Shown here piece by piece: positions 52,231 to 60,062 of a DNA stretch of 64,000 nucleotides; position 1 is the first letter of the stretch; each line of letters opens with the position of its first letter. Below the pieces are notes generated by a model. It searched no databases, was not told the DNA's origin, and was given only the letters and a program-made list of their open reading frames with translations. A program made the translations under genes and the position numbers. This stretch comes from Octopus sinensis (Eukaryota), in NCBI RefSeq assembly GCF_006345805.1, contig NC_043006.1, forward strand, positions 14,694,001 to 14,758,000, given 5' to 3'.

Positions 52231-55200
52231 TTACACATACATGATGGGCTTCTTTCAGTTTCCATCTGCCAAATCCACTCACAAGGCTTTGGTCAGCCCA
52301 AGGTTATAGTAGAAGACACTTGCCCAAGGTGCCATGTGGTTGGTAAGCAAGCTACTTAGCACACAGCCACTCCTATATATGTGTGTGTGTATGTATATGC
52401 ATACACATTCACAATGTACTGCTTTCAGTTTCCTCTTACCAAATTCACTTGCAAGGCTTCGGTTGGCCCTGGGGCTATAGTAGATGAGACTTGTCTAAGG
52501 TGCCATGCAGTGGGACTGAACCTGAGACTACACAGTTGGGAGGTCAAGCTTCTTAAATACATGGCCACACTTGTGACTAAATAGGAATTACTTAATTCTA
52601 AGAGAGAGAATTATTCAAATGTCAGGTTTTTTGCTGGGGTCTAAAGCTGGTGAAATATTGTTCACCATTTAAATAATCATTTAATTAGAAATAATTAAGA
52701 ATATTTGGAGAGACACCATTTTATCATTTAAATAGAAAAGCGATCAAAAATTTGAAACTGCTGGAAGCATTCTTCAAGATATTTATAATTTTTTAATTTA
52801 TTTCTTTCTGTCTGAGACTGAAAGAATTTTTATGAGAACACTTTTAAAGTGCACGTAATATATGAAATTACTTTTGATTTAGATTGCTGAAAAAATTTTT
52901 TTCAATTACATTGTTAATTTCTTGTAAATTTTTACTGATAATTCATTTGAAAAATCTCTCTTTATAGTTTTGCAGTTGGGAAAATCCTCATTTCTCCTCA
53001 ACAGTCTTGAGTGAACTGTTATGGCAGGTGAGTAATTTCATATATTTTATAGTTTTATATAAGTATTTTTTTCACTTTTAATTTATTTGAAAAACATAAT
53101 TAGCTACATGAAAAATTTTTGGCAGTTGAGAGCTTTCAAGAATTTTACTTTTGACACATTGTTTTGGTGGGTCTGGAGTATTGATACATGATGATGATGG
53201 AGGTGGCAGCAGCAGCAGTTAGAAGCTTACAAGTCTACCTGGAAACTATGATTACATTTTTTTTTATTTACACTGGACGGATAAGTGTCCTCATCTTGCT
53301 TGTTGTTATCACAATGTTTCAGCTGATGTACTCTCTAGCCTTCATCAGGTGTTCTGGTGGAATTTTGAACCTACTAGATCATGTGAACTCAATAAAGCCA
53401 TCCATACGGTTCACAACGGAAAAGGAAAAGGACAATCAGCTGACATTCCTGGACGTATTAGTAACATCGAATTCACAGTGCACTCAAAGGTAAATTTATT
53501 AATGCTTAATGCTTATTCAGGACATCTGTATACCACAAGCCAACCTTCACTGGACAATACCTCAGCTTCAATTCTCACCATCCATACAGTACAAAGAGAG
53601 GGATTGTTCAGTGCCTAAAACATCGAGCAAAGACTATAAGTAGCGATCCTGATATGCACCAGGAAGAAATGATCAGGTTAAGAGACAATCTGCTATGCAA
53701 CAACTACCCAAAGAACACACTAGCCGCTCCTATTAGGAAGAGGAGAGAGGATAAAACCCATAAACTGAGCACAGTCTGTCTACCCTATGTCAAGGAGTCT
53801 CGGAAAGTTACAAAAAATATGCTGTCCATATGACATCAGGAGAGTATTCAGAAGTAAAACAACACTTTGCAGATATCTTCTCTGAGTAAAACCACCCGTA
53901 GAAGAGAATATGACCAAAAACTGCGTGTATTCCATCCCATGCAATTGTGGTAGGTTATACAAAGGCAAAACTTGCCACCCACTTAAAGTAAGGGTAGAGG
54001 AATATCGTAAAGCTGTGACATGAGGGGTTGTTGAAAAATCAGGTATCGCCAATCATGCATGGAAAAACAGAGACCACCTCCCGCTGTGGGATGAAGTTAA
54101 AATAATCAACAGAGAACACCACTGGAAAATACGAAAATTAAAAGAAGCTGCACATACGACACAATAACCTCCTAAGCAGACCAAGTGCAGATATGAATGT
54201 AATATGGGAACCGTTATTAAGAAATGATAAAATATTAAGTTTATAAGCCCTAAAATTCACTCTATAATTGCCTACGGCCATATAGTGTGGTGGATAAAAG
54301 CACAGGCTACTAACCCATGGATTCTCAGACAGAGACTTGAAAAATAATATCAACAGAAAAATAACATCAGCAGCATACCTTAGGAATGAGAACAGTGTAC
54401 CCCATTAGTCAAATGAAGGGTTGGGTTCAAAATTCCACCAGAACACCTGATAAAGGCTGGAGAGTACATCAGCTGAAGCGTAATAACAACAAACAAGATG
54501 AGGACACCTGTCTGTCCATTGTAAATAATGTACATACTTTCTCATCTCAAAAATATAGAATAGTATGATTACATTTGTAAATAAGCATCAAACTGACTTT
54601 GTAGCACAAACAATTTAATGTCAAGAAGAAGTGAAGCCTAATGTTTCTGGCAGAATACCTTTGTTTGAATTCTATTTGTCAATGGCAAAGCATTACTGGT
54701 TTTCTCAGCTTCTCCTGTTTTTCTGTATGACTTTGTAGCAGTTTGGAGGCTCTTATTTTTATGGGTCTTATGGTCCAGATTGTGTGAGAACAGTCTGCAT
54801 GACAAACCATTGATTAAGTTTCTAGCCAGCTTCAGATACACATCTCTTCTTTTAGCACTATAGAAATGAAGATTAAAGCCTATGCTTTGTGTGTTAGTCA
54901 AGGATTAAAAAATAACATCTCCCTCTTTTTCTGTTTTTAAATAAATTCAAATTGTATGAGGATAGAGAGTGTAGTTTGTTGGGGGATGTCAAAATATTTG
55001 CTTTCATTGTTCACTTTCATTTTAATTACTTTAACCCCTTTGTTATATTTCTGTTGGAATACACTGGGTTTGTTTCAATTAATTTTGAAAATAACGAAGG
55101 ATTTAGTAAAATAACGATCCTTATTAAACTGATGTTTGGAATATGACACGTTGATGGAAGATTTTAATTTAGATCTCTTTAAAATGGAAACTTTGTATAG

Positions 55201-58200
55201 AGAACCAGTATTTAATATTACAGAACCAGCACTTTGTTATAGGGACAGTCTCTGTCAGATTAGTATCCAAAAGGACTAAATATTCTCAATATGACTAAAG
55301 GTAATGATTAAGGTGGCAGAGAGTGTCAGTGTGCGAATATAAGAAAAATGTACTTTTAGTATAGTCAGTACAAGAAATATACAAGTCGGTATAAGAAAAA
55401 TTTCTTTATTGCAGAAGTTGTATAAATTTGTTTATGCAAAATTATTTTTTTTTAATGTTTATTGTTTTGTATGAAGAAGACGAAATCAAAATGTTGATGA
55501 ATGATATATTTTCTTTCATTTCAGGTGGCTTACTCATACACTTATGAATTGAAACCCTATTTGGAACTTTTATTTCAAATGTTAATGCTTGATGATTCGT
55601 GGCAAAATCATCGAATTCACAATGCACTTAAAGGTAAATTTACTAACGCTTAATGCTTGTTTCTTACTGTAGAACTGTACCAATGCTTAACCTTTTCCTG
55701 ACCACTTAATACTGTAGGATATTAAAACATCTCTCATTTCAGGCCCTTTCTTTCATGGAATTTTAATTCTGTGCTGGGTCTCTGTCTATCTTATAATTCC
55801 CATTACTTTGAATAATGACTGGAAATAACTGGAATTATGACCATTTAATGACCTATTCTTGAACACAAGATCAAAAACAATAATTTCAGTAATAAATGAC
55901 AAATCATAATAGTTTTATTGTGAGTATCCATAAATGTTGAAACACTAGCCGAGAATATTTTGAAGAACAATGTTTCAAAGACAAGTTAAACATGATTGTG
56001 TTGATTTCTGATATATTTTGTACATAGAAACTTTGTCTGTCTGTCTGTCTGTCTCTTTCTGTAAAACATATGATTGCAGTATTTTAGAATTAGACTTAAA
56101 ATTGAATCACTTAATCTTAATGCATTTATATTTTGATCATGCCTATGCATTTAAAATTTTAATTGAATTCATATAAAGTTAAAAATTCTTTTGTCTGTAG
56201 GTATTCCTGATGATAGAGATGGCTTATTTGATACCATTCAACGGTCTAAAAATCATTATCAAAAGAGAGCCTATCAATGCATCAAAATGATGGTGTTGCT
56301 TTTTACACAGTAAGTTTTCCTTAATGAATTATTGCTGTTATGAAATTTTGTTTTATTTTCTGAAAATTACGATTTCAGTAAAATCTGATTTTTCTTTCTT
56401 GCAGTGAATAAATTGATAGCTATGTATGAGGGTGTGTTAAATACACTACCCCCCCCTCCCACTGATCATAGAATAACTTTTAAGTGGAGATCAGAACTGT
56501 GTCGTAGAGATTTTGTTTGTGGTACCAGTGCCGGTGGCACATAAGAAAACCATCCGAACGTGGTCGTAGCCAGTACCGCATCAACTGGCCTCCGTGCTGG
56601 TGGCACGTAACAAACACCATCCGATCGTGGCCGTGCCAGCCTTGCCTGGCCTCCGTGCCGGTGGCACGTAAAAACCACCATCTGAGCGTGGCCGTTCGCC
56701 AGCCTCGTCTGGCACCTGTGTCGGTGGCACATAAAAAGCACCCACTACACTCACGGAGTGGTTGGCGTTAGGAAGGGCATCCAGCTGTAGAAACACTGCC
56801 AGATCAGGCTGGGGCCTGGTGCAGCCTTTGGGCTTCCCAGAGCCCCAGTCAAACCGTCCAACCCATGCTAGCATGGAAAGCGGACGTTAAACGATGATGA
56901 TGATGATGAACTATAATAGAACATGGCTAAAGAATTATTTCTCAGCTATTGAAACATCTGAGATGCAGTAAGATTGATATAAGAGCATTGATGTTTGTTC
57001 CCCCAGCTATTATTCCAATAGTTTTGCCAGAACGATGTCATCTTCACTAAATTTTGTATGTGAAAGAGCCTGGAAAATCTCAGGTACTTAATGATGTATG
57101 TTTGAGAATTTTATGCAGAGGGTGGCATGGATAAAGAGCTATTGAATGTAGTTTCTCAAGGACTAGGTTCAATGATTTCTCATAGAATCCCGCTGAACTT
57201 AGTCATGGCTCAGATTTGTTATCAAATACTTGTGATTTGAGTATATGAGTTAGTTAAAAGATTGAGGACTTGTCTATAAAATAAATGGTACTGCAGAAAG
57301 GTAACGAAACTGGAGCAATTCTAGTTTTGTGTTTCAGCTGAAAGGAAGAAGTATATGCTGGTGCATCTGAGCACTTGTGGTGCATCTGAGCACTTGTGGT
57401 GCATCTGAGCACTTGTGGTGCATCTGAGCACTTGTAGTGCACTGAGCACTTGTGGTGCACCTGAGCACTTGTGGTGCACCTGAGCACTTTGTGGTGCACC
57501 TGAGCACTTGTGGTGCACCTGAGCACTTTGTGGTGCACCTGAGCACTTTGCAGTGCACCTGAGTACTTGTGGTGCACCTGAGCACTTGTGGTGCACCTGA
57601 GCACTGTATACAATAATTTCATTATTTTTAAGTAGGTTAAGTGAGTTGGATTGTTGTGATTTGCTATTTGAAGCTTATCTCTTAAATGTTTTCTCTCTCT
57701 CGTTTTTTAGTTGTATCCCTGCAGCTCAGATGTTACAGAGTAATGGTGATCTGAAAAGGAAGTGGACTTGGGCAGTTGAGTGGCTTAGTGATGAGCTAGA
57801 GCGGGTAAGTGATTTCTGTATGATTACAATACTGCAAACACAGGAAACTTGAGACATAGCATGCTTCTGGGCATCCTATGCTTTGGTATGTGGTAACAAG
57901 TCAAACAGATCTAACACACAAATGCTGATGAACTGTTCATAAAAGCTGGCATAAAAATGACAATGGTTAGCACTCTGGACTCTGAATCCAGCAATCCGAG
58001 TTCGTGTCTTGGTAGAACCTGATACATTTTTTTTGCGTTAGGAAGGGCATCCTGGCATTAGGAAGGGTATTGGTGTTAGGAAAGGCATCCAGCTGTAGAA
58101 ACTCTGCCAAATCAAGATTGGAGCCTGGTGCAGCCATCTGGTTCACCAGCCCTCAGTCAAAATCGTCCAACCCATGCTAGCATGGAAAGCGGACGTTAAA

Positions 58201-60022
58201 CGATGATGATTTCAAGAGCCTGCCTTGCTTTTACATTGCTTCATGTTAAGGATGATGATGATCATTATCATCATTGTTTTTGTGTCCACTTTTTCCATGC
58301 TTGCATGGTTCCGATGGAGTCTATTGAGGCAGGCTTTGTATGACCAGAGATGCCTTTACTGTCACCAACCCTCACCTATTTTCCATGCAAGGTAATGTTT
58401 CTCCATGGCCAGACATGTTCTTCATAGAAGACTGGAAACAAACAAACATCATTTGGATGATGGTGATGCTTGTTTTGTAACCTTCACATCATGTCAAGAT
58501 AAAGAGACACAAACATAAACACATTCACATCTACACATATATACATACATGCATACATAGTTGTAAATGAGTGTCACTGTCATACACGCAGTGTCGTTCG
58601 TTTCCAAAATGAAAACGTGTCTGGCCATGGGAAAATAATACCTTGCTTGGAAACAGTTGAAAGTTGGTGACATGAAAAGCATTTGACCATAGGAAAAAAT
58701 CTGCCTCACTAAACCCTGTCTGACCCGTGCAAGCATGAAAAGTAGACAGTAAAATATTACTGATGACGATGATGATGTGTGTGTGTGTGTTAGTCTTCAT
58801 AAATGACTTGCCCGACGACCTCACGCAACACACCCTTCTATTTGCCGACGATATCAAACTGGTCGCTCCTCGCGGTAATATAGAGGATCTTCGTCGATGC
58901 CTCCACCAAATTTGGAAGTGGTCTAACGATTGGGACCTGTGTCTGAACGTGTCAAAGTGCTGTCATCTGCCTGTCGGCTCTACTCCTGCAACTCAACTTG
59001 ATTTCGAGCCGGGTCGTCTGCTGCTGCTGGAGAGGACCGATCAGGTAAAGGACCTGGGTATCTTGGTGGATTCCTCCTTTTCGCCTTCGGCCCAGTGCGT
59101 CCATGCTGCCAACAAAGCACGCGGAATTCTGTTCTTGATTCGACGGTCATTCGGAATGCTCACAGCAGCCATATTCCTACCACTCTATGTCACGCTGGTG
59201 AGACCCATATTGGAGTATGGGATTCAAGCCTCTTCTCTTTATCTCCTCAAAGACATACAGCATCTCGAAAGAGTCCAGAAGCTGGCTACCCGCATGGTTC
59301 ATGGTCTCAAAAATTTGTCCTACGAAGAAAGGCTGAGGACGCTCGACCTTTATTCTCTTGAAAAACGCCACCGCCGTGGTGATCTCATTCTCGCCCACAA
59401 CATCATAAGCAGAAAGTGTAACCTCTCGAAAGAGCTGTTCTTCACTCCTGCTCCAGAGCGTCGGCTGCGGGGTCATTCCGAAAAGCTCTACCTGCGACGA
59501 TTTCATCTCAATCGAAGGAGAGGAGCTTTCTCCGTCCGGGTTGCGGATCCGTGGAACAAGCTGCCAGATGAGATGGTGAAGATGCCGACGACCGCTTTGT
59601 TCAAAGCCTCCCTGGACCTCAAGTGGCCTGAACTCTTTACATGAACACCACCCTGTACTTAACTCCATGTCCCCCTACATGGCCTTGCTATTTGCTTTTG
59701 AGCCAAATTAACTAACTAACATATATATAAACAATTGCAGCGTGAAAGGTGTTTATAAGCCATTTAAAAACACACAAACACCGTTAGCTTCGCTTCAACA
59801 TTTAAATTTAATTTGCCAAAATATTTTTGTCAGTGAACAGGTCATGGTCTCAGAGTGATAAAAATATTTTTGCAAATTAAATTTTAATGTTGAAGTGAAT
59901 CTAACAGTTTTTCTGTGTTTTTAAAAGGCTTATAAAATCCCTTCCACGCTACAATTGTTTTTGTTTCAGCACACGATCTCAGATCGGGTCACTTGCTATG
60001 CAAGTACATCTCTCTCTCTATA

Positions 60023-60062
<40 letters not shown>

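Noticed and set aside
57359-57626. CRISPR array, or the repetitive ORFs 57254-57622, 57321-57596 and 57334-57585
   Set aside because: Contiguous 19-mer with no spacers; the ORFs arise because the unit lacks stops on the minus strand
59177-59668. 163-aa minus-strand ORF
   Set aside because: Antisense shadow of the GC-rich LINE RT frame
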